Positions 49,244-62,249 of a stretch of 64,000 bases of DNA are shown here, one piece after another. Source of the DNA: Moniliella sp. 'wahieum' (taxonomy: Eukaryota); NCBI GenBank assembly GCA_003971905.1, contig RSEE01000018.1:62001-126000 (forward strand), written 5' to 3'. The notes under the pieces were generated by a model, which saw only the letters and a list, made by a program, of their open reading frames with translations, ran no database searches and was not told the origin of the DNA. Within the stretch, counting starts at the first letter, position 1; every line of letters starts with the position of its first letter. Made by a program: the position numbers and the translations under genes.

Positions 49244-50357
49244 GGCGGGCGGGAATGGGTGGTGGTGGTGGTGCTGGTAGGAGAGGAGGCAGGGGAGCGT
49301 CTCAGTAGGGGGAAGCATGAGGCATGAGGACGACGTTGAAGCGGGGAGGGGCGCTTGCACCTCTGCCCCCCGAACGAGGCAGGCAGGCACAGCACAGTGT
49401 GCACCGCAGCCCACGGCGGCACACGCCATAATAGTTATTGCTAGCACGCTTGCGCGGTACTGGGTCACTGGTGGCATGTTGGACGCTTGCTCCACACACA
49501 CTGCCCCTGCCTCCTGGCCCGTGCACAGCAAGCGCATGCTGCAATCGTGTCGCCGGGAGCGTCCAGGTGTCTGTCCAGCTTCCTTGTCACGCGTCCCCCC
49601 ATCATCCCCCGATGCCCATTCAGCGCTCAGCCGCTGACTAGACTGAGCACTGAGCACTGGGCGCACTGGGCGAGGGCCACATTTGTGGCGCCATGGCCGC
49701 AATCAGATTGGCATGGCCTTCACAAGCTTCACAGAGGGCTAAAAGAGCTATAGGGTGCTGCTCGCCAGCAAGGAGGGAACGTGGAACGTCAACCGTCAAT
49801 GTTTTGAACGTAAAACGAAGTCCGCGAGCGAAGGCAGTGCCCATCAGGGAGAACGCACAGGCATCGAACACAGGGACAGCGTGTCCGAGCACGTGTCATC
49901 ATATTAAAGAAAAGCATCAAAAGAAAAGAACGAATCGGTAGGCCTTTAGTCGGACCCGGTAGCTAAGAAACGGGGAAAGGGCTCTATACAGCATACCCAC
50001 CATACGACAGGGGCGTCCTCAAGCAGACTGAGGGGGTGAAAGGAGGGCGGTTGCACAATATGTTCGTGAGGGGGCATTTGAATAACAGAACAGAGCAAAG
50101 CAGAGGATAGCACTTAACGAAAAAATAACGACGCACAGAGGGTGGAAGGGAAGAGAAGGAAAGAGAAGAGAAAGGGGGGGGGGGGAAAGAGGCAGAGCTG
50201 AAGACGTTGAAGACACAAAGAACTGCTGAACGTCTAGTTAAGAACCCGTGTGGGCATGCGAAAAGCTGACCCCCGGCCTGCATTAGATATCGACGGCCAT
50301 CATCTTCGCGGATTGTCATCGCGATGAATGGTAAGAGGGTGTCATGTGCAAAGCGCC

Positions 50358-52025
50358 TCAGAGGCCAAAGATGGGTACAAATGAGCCGCGCGGGCCAGCA
50401 ACGATAGGCAAGAGCTCGTATCGGAACGCGGCCAGCTGGTTGAAAAAGTGAGATCGGAAGAAAGGCGCACAGACTGAGCAGCAACGAGGTACAGAGGTTA
50501 GTAACCAGCCAGTCTCGCAGTGCAAGCACGGCTTCATCCACGTACACATAGGCGCCACCAATACGAGGAAGCTGTGGAGCATTAGGAACGCCAACCAGTG
50601 GGGAATCTTGGCATTGATATGGGAATAGGAACGCTTAAACCAAGCCGCCACGACGCTGTCCATGGCGAACAAACCAGCCAAAAATGAGTCAGTAACCGAA
50701 CCCCCTACCCCTTTTCCACTCCACCAATCCAGCTCACATGAGGAAGCAAGAACAGAGAGGTACTTACGCTGCTGCGCCATTGATCACGAAGAAGGCAAAG
50801 TTTTCCAGTGTTGCGGTCCCAAAGGTAAAGTAAGTGATGTGTTCGTGAAAGATCCCGAGACCGTAAAGGCGGCCATGGCAGACAATGCCTTCTTGACAAA
50901 CGCCTTGTTGCTGCTGCTGGGCCCATGGACCTTGTCGGGGGTGGGCGCATGGGTGGGCGTCATCCGAAGTCCGTTCATCTTGGCTCGCCCGGCGCCATTT
51001 GAACCCGGCTTGACCGCCTCGTCGACCTCGGTATCGGTGGTCAAGCTAGGACGGGCAATTTTGCTGGAGTACTTCTTGGGGGCTCCAGCGGCGCTGGCAA
51101 AGATAACGCGATGAAGAATGACGGTAATGGCCTTGTTCCAGGTGGACCAGAAACGTTGGATTGACGTAGCCGAGGTAGGCGATTCAAACATGGGAGCCAT
51201 CTCCACATTGAGGATGAAGCCGAAAAGGCTCAACATCCCATCCCCAAAGAAGGCCAGGACAAAAAGAACATCGAAGCCGAGGAGGTACGAGTACAGGTGG
51301 TAGGCCAAGCGCGGCATCGAATCAATTGTTCTTTAGTAGGAACAAAGTAGAGCAGGGCAAAAAAGACAATGCAGAACTCGACAAAGACCGCGGGGAAGAC
51401 GCGGAGGCTCTGCCAGCGGGCACTACGCGTAAACCCTTCGATCTGCCTGCGCTCCTCCAACTCGGACTCTTCCACGGGAAAGGCCCAGAGATGCGCAAAA
51501 AAGCGGCCAGCGGACCAGGAAAAAACTTCGTCCACTTGGCGTAAACCGAAAATGTCCCAGGCAAGCAAAGCAGAACGGAAGCCAAGCGCAGGCATCCAAA
51601 AGTCCAGGATCATTACGCCTGACTGGCCAACCAAGGCAGGCCAGAAGAAGAGAAGGACAATGAGAGGGGAAGCGATGGCGATGCGAAGGGGACGCGACTG
51701 GGCAGCTTGTGGGCTGTTGGCGGGGACGCGGGGTACCAGAAGGTGATACGCAGCGTAAGCGTAGAGGGTTGTGCTGAACATGAAGGCTAAGATGCCGACA
51801 AGAACGTTGCCCGCGCGTTCGAGCGGGTACGGGGGCATGTCATACATAATGGCGGGCTGGCGGAAGAGCCGGCTCCAAAATGCGAGGAAAGGGTCCTTGG
51901 CCCATGGTAGGCCCAGCCTTGCCCCCAGACTAGTGTGGGACAGGTGGTGCGTTGCCAGCCCCTCACCCTGGGACTGGGCAGCGATGACGATGTTGCTCCC
52001 AAATGGAGCCGATGCGGTTGACCAT
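50358..52025 (-). CDS. MBOAT_2 / wax synthase-like membrane O-acyltransferase
   Basis: Multiple TM segments; PMFESPTSATSIQRFWSTWNK and AAFTVSG..HEH (catalytic His region). Intron donor GTAAGT at 50767; frameshifts. Confidence 0.85.
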
Positions 52026-55000
52026 GGCGAGGAGCGGCGACGATGGAGGTGGAAATGGGGTTGGCCACGTTGCAAAGAAGGAAGTGGCGCGAATGGTGGC
52101 GGCGAGAAGGAGAAGGTGGGGGGGCGGGGGGGGGGGAAGATGATCGATGAGGGCCCAGATCGAGGCGAAAAAGAGATGCCGTGCCAGGCCAGTTTGAGCG
52201 GGGAAATGAGGCGAGGAGGAGTGCTGTGGAGTGGCCCATTGCGGAGCCAGCGGGATGCATCATTTCAACGCTGGTTCAGCTTGAAGCTTCCACCTGGGCG
52301 CTTCACGCTTCGGTCGCTTTTGTTGTGACACATGTGACGCCAAAATCCCCGCAAAGCCCAACAACGCCTTGGTAACACGCAACACATTGACACGTGGCAT
52401 GGTACGGGAACCGCCAAAGTCACTAGTCACCTAGTCACCGGTCACCGGTCATCGGTCACTAGGCAGGTTTTCCGCCCCTTGTGACGTCACTGGTCACTAG
52501 CCACTGGTGGCTAGTCGTAGCTGTATCCATATTCAATTCATCATCGCCACCCAAGTGCGGAAAAACGAGGCAGCGTGGCGCGCGGCGAAGCTGTGGGACT
52601 CACAATTTACGTAGATACCCGATAGCCCACCCTACAGACCAGGTAGCCAGTGGCTGCGGTACTAGTTCTCGGTAGCCCCCAATCCGCAGGGCAAAAACAC
52701 TCTCCCCCCCGCCTTCCCCAGACGGGATTGCGGGGAATCGATCACGCCCATCACCCTATCGTTGAACACTAGCCCGATGCTTCAGCAGCTTCATTACCGG
52801 TCACCCCGGGCACTAAACGTACATCCACTGTATATGGACTGTGTGCCTTTCCTTTCGCAAACCGGTTTGCACTCTTCTACTTCCCTCGCCCACCTCCCTC
52901 TCCTTTCTGAGTACCAGAAAGTTCATATAATCTGCAAAGCTTCTATTTATAAGCAGAGGGACACAAAAGAAACGCTTCGGCCGTCAAGCGCGTAATGCTA
53001 GCCTCCCGCTCTGATATAATAGCTTCATCATCTCTTAATTGCTTCATCATTTGCAGCATTTTGCTGTCAGAAATTGCACTCCTATACTACGATGCTAGTA
53101 TCCGACTTGTGAGCACTCGATGATCCTATGGATCGGCTATAAATCATCTGAAGGAAAGGGATAGAGAAGAGGGGGATGGAACGAAGAGCAGGGGGTGCGC
53201 AGCCTGCGAGCGGAACTCTTCAGTAGGCGAGCGTCATCGATCAACTTGAAGCCTTGCAATGGGACCTTAATAACACTATCCTCTAGCATACTACCATTTC
53301 TGTGATATCTCCGGAGCTTAAAAGGCCGGGACAAAGAAACACTGTGCCTAAACTGACCCTGGCGAGGAAGAAGGTGGGCAAGAAGACGTAAAAGATATTC
53401 AGACTGTCAGTGATTATAATCGATCACTACTCTGTTTTGAGTATGCCTGGGCTGTGCTCTGAGATCTGAGTTGCCTGAAACTGTGGTGACGTATGTAGTG
53501 AAGGCGATATAACTTGTCTATTAGCCTGGAAGCAGTGCCCACAAAAGAGGCCCTTTGAATAGACCACACGCACCGTTCCTGGGGCGCATATAAGCGTTGA
53601 GCGCCCCTCTTGGTTATATACCTACACCTGTTATGCAGAGTTGATGTACTGTGTACCCCCGCCCATGCGCCACCACACTTTCGGTCTTGGCAAAACAGAT
53701 AATCTCATTTCTCATTCCCAGTCATCGTGACTATCGACTGTGACCACCTCCTGTCGACTGCTGTGGTCAAAAAAAGGTTCTTGTTACGGGACGGGTTGCT
53801 TTGGATCCGAGATGGTCTATCCAAGCTCCTAAGGCCTGCTCTGTTCTGCACATGCCCAGTAGAGCGCGCTCCAAAGTCAACCAAGTTTGATGATAGTTGG
53901 TTAAATTAGGCACGGTGCACCGAGTGGCCATGCATCCGCGCAATAATAGTCCCCCCTCGCCCTCGTCCAAGTCGGTCGGCATAACTATAAAGGCCACCAA
54001 GTTTTGGGTATCTTTGCGACGACTGTCGCCCCCCGTCTTACTTTATCTTTCTCTGTTGCGCCTGCGGCAACCACAGCATCTTTTGACGTGTCTTCCTTTC
54101 TACAGCCCTATTGTATCCGTTTCCCCTTTTGACCTAGCATGTACCCCTGGTTGTGGGGATCGTTTCCCCCACTTGCATTCTCGTTCTAACCTCGCCGGTC
54201 CATTCTCGTCTCCATTGTTATCTTTCCCGTCCAACTACACTGTTGCCGTTTTCGAGCAAGCCGGTGCGTACGCAGCCTTGCCACACGCGTGCATCCCGTC
54301 CGCGTCACGCCCAAAGGCCTCTCTCGTCCCTATCTCCGTTCACATACCAACTAGCCAAGCCCGAAACTACTGTGAGTCGTCCTTCCGTCTAGTAAGGTAT
54401 TGTACCAACAAAACCGGGTGAGCCATCTATTGGGGGGCCCCGCCCCCCTGTGACGTGTGACAGTTATAATGTTAGCTTTTGAAAGATCTGATTTTTTGTT
54501 TCTTCTCTCTCGATGCTTTGCAGTGCACGTGTACATTAGACGAAGAAAGGCACCCCCGCTTTGATGCCGCGAACAGCGGGGAAGATGGATGGGCACGTTC
54601 CTCACAAGTAGTACAGGTCGTTTTCTGTCCGCATTCTATACGATACATCATGCATCAGAGAGGACTATAGGAATGATGCAAATGATGGTCGTGGTCGATA
54701 TATTTAAACGCTTGTGAAGCTTGAAGACTGATGCAGCGAGGGCCCGCCCGCACCCCATTACATCAGCGCCAGCAGCCAAAAAGACATCGTTTTTTACTTC
54801 GACGCCCCGGGGGTGCCTATACTTTCGATGGGATAGGCTCGGGACATGATAGTACTCACCTTCACTTAGCACTTAGCACTTTCCTTCGGCAGAGCACTCC
54901 ATATCAATATCAACAGGGGTTCCGTACCGCATGGAAGTGTGCTGTGATACAAAAGAAATAAATGGTGGAGCACAGTGATCTAGTGATACGGACCACATGC

Positions 55001-55409
55001 ACCGTGGTGGCACGCAGGTGGGGGCACATAATAGATGATCGTCGATCGTCGATCGTTAATGATCGATGTGATCCCCGCTAGTATACAGAGAAGGATGCTT
55101 CTACACTTTGTCTTTCTTATTCTTCTCCGTATGCACCGGGGGGAGCACCTGCCATCTTGTCATGATTAAGGTTTGGTCCGTGTGGCTTTGCGTTGGGCAC
55201 GCACTCAAGCTTCAAGCTTCAAGAAAGACCACTAGTGTCTCAATCATCCCATCTCGCACGCCAAGCAACAGAGCAATGTATCATAGCATTTGCTCTCAAA
55301 GGGGGTAGTGATCCCATGCAGCCCTCAGCGGCTTGGTACATGCAGTGTCTGTAGCCGATCGCATATAGCGAGTGATCATTGATCCGGCAGCTCCCTACAG
55401 TCCGTCGGC

Positions 55410-55416
55410 TATAAAG
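55410..55416 (+). promoter_or_regulatory. TATA box of the secreted-protein gene
   Basis: TATAAAG 93 nt upstream of the ATG at 55503. Confidence 0.55.
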
Positions 55417-55502
55417 CTGAACGATCCACATCAAGAGCACGCGTCCACTAGCACACACACCCCAACCCTTCGTCAGTGCACTCCGCTCCCACCCTCTCCA
55501 TC

Positions 55503-56503
55503 ATGCACTCCCTCCTGTTCCTGTCGATTCTTGGCACCGCTTCTACTTTCGCCGTGCTTCCGACCATTGCTCAAGGGTACAGTAACCCAACAGATGGCAG
55601 TGGATCCAACCTTGGCTACTTTCCCCCCCCGACTTTAGCAGCAACGGAGAACCCCTCAACGTCATCATTTCGGGATCCTCTAGCTCCGCTGTTTTGACCC
55701 AGGACGGTTGATGGACTATGCCAACGCTCTGGGATACGGGAAAGAGGTACGCACGCAGCATCCCATCAGCCCACAGAGCTTTCCTGTGCCATACTACGCC
55801 TCCTTTCATGGAAGCACCATTGGTTAACCTATCCTGCGCGTCTCCTTTTTGCTCGGGCTTGCCCTAGTGTCTGGGTTTGCACGGCGGCACCAAAATGCAA
55901 GCCAATCTGGGAGATGGAAAAGGATGGACAGACCAGTTGGACGAGGCCCGCTGGCTGTATGGAACAAGCCCTGGAATCGGCGCCTGCCTGGAAACGTTCA
56001 AAGGCGGCAATCACTTCCGTTTCTGGCAGCAGGCCTCCACCAACGCTTGGTTCCTTGCCGTGTCAGAGGAACAGGATCTTAGCGAGAACACAACATTACC
56101 GTCCGTTTTTCTTTCCCCCCCATCTCCCTTCGTGCTGGTGATAGATGTATCGCTGACCTTTCTCACCATCCCCTTTCCTTTTTTCGTATACATAGGCAAA
56201 CGGATATAACAGGTGCGTGCGCATGCCCCCCTCCCTCGTACCCCTATCCCCTCCCCAAATAAGCTCCAGAAAAGGCAGGAAAGAAGAACTGACCCCGGAG
56301 CCTCTGTGTCCTTTGATAACAGTGGTCGTGACAAGTTGGTGTCGGATGCTCAGGCCAACCCGTCTTACAACGGGAACCAGTACAACACTGCAGTCGAGTA
56401 CATTTCAGGCGGTTGCCAACGGGCGCGTTCGGGCATTGACCATGGCATTGCCATCGACGGAAAGACGGCCATTTTGACCGTGTCGGTTACCAGCTCGTCT
56501 TAA
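55503..56503 (+). CDS. Conserved secreted protein of unknown function
   Basis: Signal peptide MHSLLFLSILGTASTFA; PLNVIISGSS, LGYGKE|CLGLHGG..ANLGDGKG, GACLETFKGGNHFRFWQQ, WFLAVSEE, GRDKLV, GIDHGIAIDGKTAILTV*; three GT-AG introns. Confidence 0.8.
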
Positions 56504-59394
56504 CGGTTCATGAGTCCATCAGTTCATGAGTTCGTGAAGAGTGAAGACGGGGTATTCTCGAAGTCCATACCGCCACCGTTCCCGAGTCTTACTGTTGGGA
56601 TATATAAGGGGCCTGTTAAACAGGAAGAATGAGGAAGCGAGGGATTGGAGCCAGAGTTGGGTTTGGGCGCACAAGGATAACGGGAGGATGAACAGGAACA
56701 AGTTGATGAGAGGCACCCGGGAGGGTATGGAAAGAGAGCGAGAGGATAGGGTGGCTTATACACATAATGGCTGACCGTGAAGCAAAGGAAGCCCCCGGGT
56801 GGATGAGAGGGGCTTTATCAAACGAGCACTGCAAGAGGGTGCTTGATAGAAGCATTGCCCCAACAATCCCCCCTAGGGAAGTATATGGTCTGCTGTTTGT
56901 CTTGTCTTAAATCCGTTGTCTTGACTGTCCCGACTCAGCCTCAAGTGACCAGCTCTTTTGACCTTCCAGTATCCCCTCCACCTGCTACTTCTTGCCTTCA
57001 AAAAAGTCCAGCATCAAGTATCCTCCGCGCGTATTTCGTGAATCCACGGAGTCGAGTCACTAGTTATTGCAGTGACAGGACTTGTCCGACTCTGTGGATG
57101 CCTGCCTCGTCCTCCCACTCACTGGTCAACCTTTCAGGCCCAGAGACAACACATGCAGATATGCGATAATCGACAATCTTGCCCGTTCCAGCGCATACGT
57201 ACCATTGTCGTGCGAGTCGACGTCCCGATTAAGTGGACATCAGTCCTCACCTCGGTTCTAGTTCCGTTGGATCCGCATCAGGGTCGATAACAAGGGCAAG
57301 TTGACTGTATGGGTATGGTGCTGCACTGGGGAGTATTAGTGGGTACTATACCGGTAGCCCCCAAAGAAGCCCGGTTCCCTTAGTTTCACTTAGTAGGTGT
57401 ATGCCGTCGATATTATTTCTTTCTGGAGGACAGGAGCGGTCTCTATAACCGATAGCATGCTCTACCTCATCTTTTGGACAATGCGATAACTATCAACTCT
57501 GCATGCTAATCTCTGGGTTTTCGCATATCTTTCCTCCATGCCAAAGCATCGCTAAGCCGGGCCCTGTTCCGGCATCCGCCTTTGATAAATGATACTGACC
57601 TGAATGACTAATGCACCTTGGCAGAATTGCATAATCGCCATTATGTAGATTGCGCACAACGGCCAGTTGTAATTGAGGAGAGATCTCGAGATGGCGTCGA
57701 TCCTCGATCAAAAACTGTACTCAACCACCATATCTATACTCTCCATCGTCGCAGCAGCGAAGTAGAGTAGTAACGCAGCTATATGAAAGCTTATTTTAAA
57801 GAGAACGATACATGATGGTGATGAAAGGCAGAGCGTCGCGTGTGGATGTGTGCCACGGTTGAAGCGGTTGAAGGGAGGGAAGCTGGTGATGATGCAATCG
57901 GTGTGGATGTCAGACACAGCAGGACAGAAAACGGGGGTCTATCTGTCGATCATTCGCCCAATCTATCTGTTCCTTCACCGGGATGGGTTCCTCTTGGCCG
58001 CGTGTGAGGCCTGAGGACGGGATCAACCCGCGGCTGCCGCGCGGCTGGCTTGAGGGGAGGGGGGCGCAGGATTCTGGAAGTGCAGTGTGGCGTTGCCAGA
58101 TTGCTGTCAGTCCTGAGACCCAGTTGAGCGTACGTTGAGTGCTGAGTGAGAGTGCTGAGCGCGCTGAGCGCCTGGGCGCCTGAGCGTTGCTTGAGAGGGT
58201 GGAGTGTGAGTGTGGAGTAGACTCGGAGGTGGGTTCGGGGGCTGAGATCTGAGACGCGTATATCCCCAGTCCAGAGTCATCCTGCTAGCCTGTGCTCGGT
58301 GAGGCTGACGTACGAATCAACAAAGCGCCTTATTCTGCTGTCCGATGCGGGGGCCTGCGCCGGGTCGCGACACAGTCGAAACGAGATCATCGATCACCAA
58401 TACCGCAGGCGCTCCGAGCCGCTCCCCCTTCGGAGCTCGGGGTGATCCCGAGACGGCGGCAAGGGAGCGACGAGTAAGAAAGATGGGAGGGCCAAGCTGG
58501 GCCCTGCTGGGCGGTGCCTGATAGGGCGTCTCGGCACTGCCCCGGAGAAGACGGGAGACGACGGGGCAGCGCCAGGCGCGGGGCGGCAGGGCGGCAGCGC
58601 GGGCTTGGCTCTTATCGATTATCGTTTATCTGTGCCAGGCGGCGCGTGGCTCGGAACAGACCCGTGCGGGCGGCAGCGCCATGGCGCTGCGAGCAGCCGC
58701 GCGGGCCATGCGGGCAGTGCAGACGCAGCCGCGCACACAGGCAGGGCGCCAGCCTGCGCCAGCGCGGAGGCCGCCGTCATGCATGATGCATGAGTTTATC
58801 GTTTATCTGCCTTGTCCGCGCTCGCTCTGGCGGTGCATGTGAGCGCTGAGCCGCTGCCCGCAGCACGCCGCTGTGTGCGCCTCTTGTGCCGTGCTGGGCG
58901 AACAACCCCACGACGGCAGCACATGGCTGCGTTCGGGGCACAGCGCCAGTGGGTCCGCCGTACGCCGTTTATCAGCGCAGCCGCGCGTGACTAGTGACGA
59001 GTGGCTGGTACCTGAGCCAGGCCCGACGCAGCGGCCGCAGGCTGTGGGGCGCACTGAATTTTCCATCCAGTTTCCACCCGCACGCAGCCAGCACCAAACC
59101 CTCACCCACCCGCCTGCTCCTGCTCCTGCCCCCCTCCCTCTGGCCCAGTTACGCTATCACCCGTCACATCATGCGGCAGCTCCCTAAGACCCCTCCGCAC
59201 CAGCCATCCTGTGCCCACGCAGTACACCCGTATTCACTTCATCGAACCCACATCATTAAAAAGGTGCCTAAGCCTCCGATTTCCCGCCTCGCGAGCCGCC
59301 TTTCGACTCTCCTGTCTTCCCCCTACCCCTCCATCCATCCTCCGGCCGCATACACACACGCGCATCCACACCTCACTTCCTCTCGTCCTACGCC

Positions 59395-61068
59395 ATGAGT
59401 CTGACCCTCGTCCGACATTGAGAAGGCGGCGGTACCGCCACCGCTTTCCCTTCCGACCCCAAGGCGCCCTTTGATTCCGACGAGAAGCATGATCTTCACG
59501 ACCAGATCGACGTTGCGTCCTACCTCAATCCCGCCGACCAAGAAGAGGACCAGACAATGCCACGCGCGAGATCCATTTGCCAGACAACGGTTTTGGGCGC
59601 TTCTCAAGTCGGTGGGCCGTGGCAAACCGCAGGCTGGAAAAAACTGATTGGGATTGAGGCGCGTGGGATTCAGCGTGTCAAGCCCAACGAACGCACCGAT
59701 ACCCACGTGTATGGCAACTGATGGTCTGGCTTGATGCCAAGTGTGTCTTCCACTGTCTCTATTGGCGTCCTGGGGCCCTTGACATTTGGGCTGCATCTTG
59801 GCGACTGCCTTTGACCATTGCCTTTTTCTGCATCTTGCTGCGTGCTTCCCGCGTTCTGTGCCACGTTTGGCCGAGGCTCGGGTTGCGCCAGATGACATCG
59901 TCTCGGTACGCATGGGGGGGTACTATGGTGCCAAGTGGGTTGCCTTGCTCAACTGCATGGCTGTGTCGGTTGGTCCATTAGCAACACCATTTCCGGCGCT
60001 CAAACGCTGTCTGCGGTGGCGGACTTCAAAGGTGCCTTTACGTCGGGCGCGGTGGGTGTGGTGATCATTGCAATCATACGCTCTTGGGTCTTGTTGGGTA
60101 CCGCATGGTGCACTGGTACGAGCAGATTGCGTGGATTCCCACTGCCATCTCCTTCCTCGTCATGCTCGGCGTCAGCGCCAAGCACTTTGTTTCCCAACCG
60201 ATGTGGAAACCGGCTCGGCCGAGGCCGGGGCGGTGCTGAGTTTGGCGGGACAATTTGGGCTTTGTGATTGGCTGGGTCTCTCTCGCGTCGGATACAATGT
60301 CTACATGCGGAAAAACGCGTCGCGGAAAAAGGTCTTCTTGTACACCTACTGTGGCGTTGTGGTGCCCTGCATTCTCCTCATGTGGCTGGGTAGTGCAATT
60401 GCCAGTGCCGCGCTCAGTGCCGCCGACGCGGACGGTAACATTCTACCGAATGCCAACCCGGTCCTGGCCAAGTGGTACCTCGGGTACCAAGAACACGAAC
60501 TGGGAGGTCTTTTGCGGGCTGTCTTGGTGGGCCCCATGGGTGGTGGCGGCAAGTTCTTCATGGTTCTTCTCGTCCTTTCCGTCGTGGCCAACAACATTGT
60601 CAATGTCTACTCCATGGGCCTCTCCATCTCGGTCATTTCCCACTACCTCGCTGCCATGCCACGCTCGCTGATCTGGCCCGTGGTCGTCACTGCGATCTAC
60701 ATCCTCTCGCCATTGTTGGATACAACTCGTTTGCCTCGTCGCTGGAAGACTTTATGTCAATTTTGGGCTAATGGCTTGCGATCTTTGTCACGGTGCTGTT
60801 GGAAGAAACTTTATCTTCCGCAAGCACGATTTGCCAACTATCACGTCGAAAACACATGGAACAACAAGCGTAAGTGCCCATGGGTTGGGGGCGCTTGGGC
60901 GCCTTCTGCTTTGGTGCTGCCGGCGTCGCGGTGGGCATGGACCAAGTCTGGTATACCGGACCGATCGCCAAGACATTGGCGGTGACATTGGTTTCGAGCT
61001 GGCCTCGGGATTTGCTGGTGGCCTTCCCGTGTTCCGCACCTTGGAGATCAAGTTCCTTGGGCGGTTAA
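59395..61068 (+). CDS. NCS1-family purine-cytosine/vitamin permease (Fcy2/Tpn1-like)
   Basis: GIEARGIQRVKPNERTD, GPRLGLRQMTSSRYAWG, GGGKFFMVLLVLSVVANNIVNVYSMGLS, GMDQVWYTGPIAK, GGDIGFELA, LEIKFLGR. Many frameshifts. Confidence 0.92.
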
Positions 61069-61549
61069 AAAAGCTTGGTCCTCCCCCCTCGTTGAAACGC
61101 GTTTGGGAACACGGGTTGTCTGCAGGCAGACATTGCTCTCTTCCCCAAGATCTCGTGGGACTCAGAATGTGCATATTGTACAGAACTTTGTTGTGCCTAG
61201 CGGAACGATGAAACAACGCGCGGTGACCCCTTCCTCCCCTCTCTCGTTCCCATCTTCTGTTCGCTGCAGCAGGACTTTTCTTCACTCCACGATGTATATG
61301 AGCCCTCTCTCATCCCATATTATCCCCGATGATGAGCCTCTCTTATCTATACTGCAGGTATCCATGCCGTCATCTTTCTCCCACACTACTAGCTGTACCA
61401 AATAATAGCAGATGATAGCACACGTGGATGGAAGGATGAATGTTGGTTGGATGGATGTTGGCCAAAAAAGGAGAAAAGCGGTCAAGTTGCGAGTGTCACG
61501 GTCCTCTTAGCCAATGGGATAAACCTTCTCCCGGCCGCATGTGACAGAT

Positions 61550-61638
61550 GGATCCTTAGCTCAGTGGTAGAGTGTTACTTTCCGGCTTTGCCCCCGAAAG
61601 TCATGGTAATGGTCGTCGGTTCGACCCGGCAGGATTCG
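61550..61638 (+). tRNA. tRNA-Arg(CCG) with an 18-nt intron (61586-61603)
   Basis: Acceptor GGATCCT/AGGATTC; D-arm GCTC-AGTGGTA-GAGT; anticodon stem TTACT/GGTAA with loop TT-CCG-G|intron|T; T-arm GTCGG-TTCGA. One C appears missing from the C-run of the T-arm. Confidence 0.88.
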
Positions 61639-61639
61639 C

Positions 61640-61643
61640 TTTT
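61640..61643 (+). terminator. Pol III oligo-T terminator of the tRNA
   Basis: TTTT starting 2 nt after the discriminator base. Confidence 0.6.
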
Positions 61644-62249
61644 GCTGCGACACATGTGGACGATGTTCTTGTTTGCCACAAGTCCATCGGTCAAGCTACA
61701 GCAACTCCACAGTGCCCATTGCGTCCATCCTCCCCCGCTTTCATCGCAGACGCCCTTTGAAATCGGCGAGACAGGGAGGAGGAGGGAACCATGCCTTTTC
61801 CTCCGTCCTTCTACGCTATGACCATCAGCACCACTGACACTGGCACCGTAACCTCTTCTGTCGTTTGGGCTGATTGCACGTTCCTCCCGTACTGGGTGGT
61901 AACAGTCACGGGGTAATCGACTCAACAACAAAAAGTAACCCAGTAGCAATCCAGAGGACACAGCCCCCGTCCGTTCGCACCCTGGTTGCCCGTGAGAGAC
62001 ACATTCCATTCCGGCTCTCAGGACACGCGATGCGTAGGCAGGGCCATGTTGTCTTTTCCACACCGCCTTCTCTGCCGCCTACGGGAGAGACGGATGCGAC
62101 GAAGAAGAAGCGAACAGATGGTTCGCGCACCGTCGCCTCTCGCCCTAAGTCGTCTCACCAGGCCAGGTGAGAAGTGTGGATCGTAGCTGGTTACGCGAGG
62201 AGGATGGGATTGGAATGGGATTGGGGGGCGGTGCGTAGCCATCAATGGA

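Noticed and set aside
53010..53115. TATA followed by LHSYTTMLVS, resembling the small secreted-peptide N-terminus
   Set aside because: No ATG, early stop and similarity too short to support.
55083..55093. ATACAGAGAAG resembling the U6 snRNA ACAGAGA box
   Set aside because: Downstream ATTAGCATGGCCC and the rest of U6 are absent.
57708..57917. Hydrophobic stretch ISFHIAALLLYFAAA resembling a signal peptide
   Set aside because: No in-frame ATG just before it and a stop follows shortly; at most a decayed relic.
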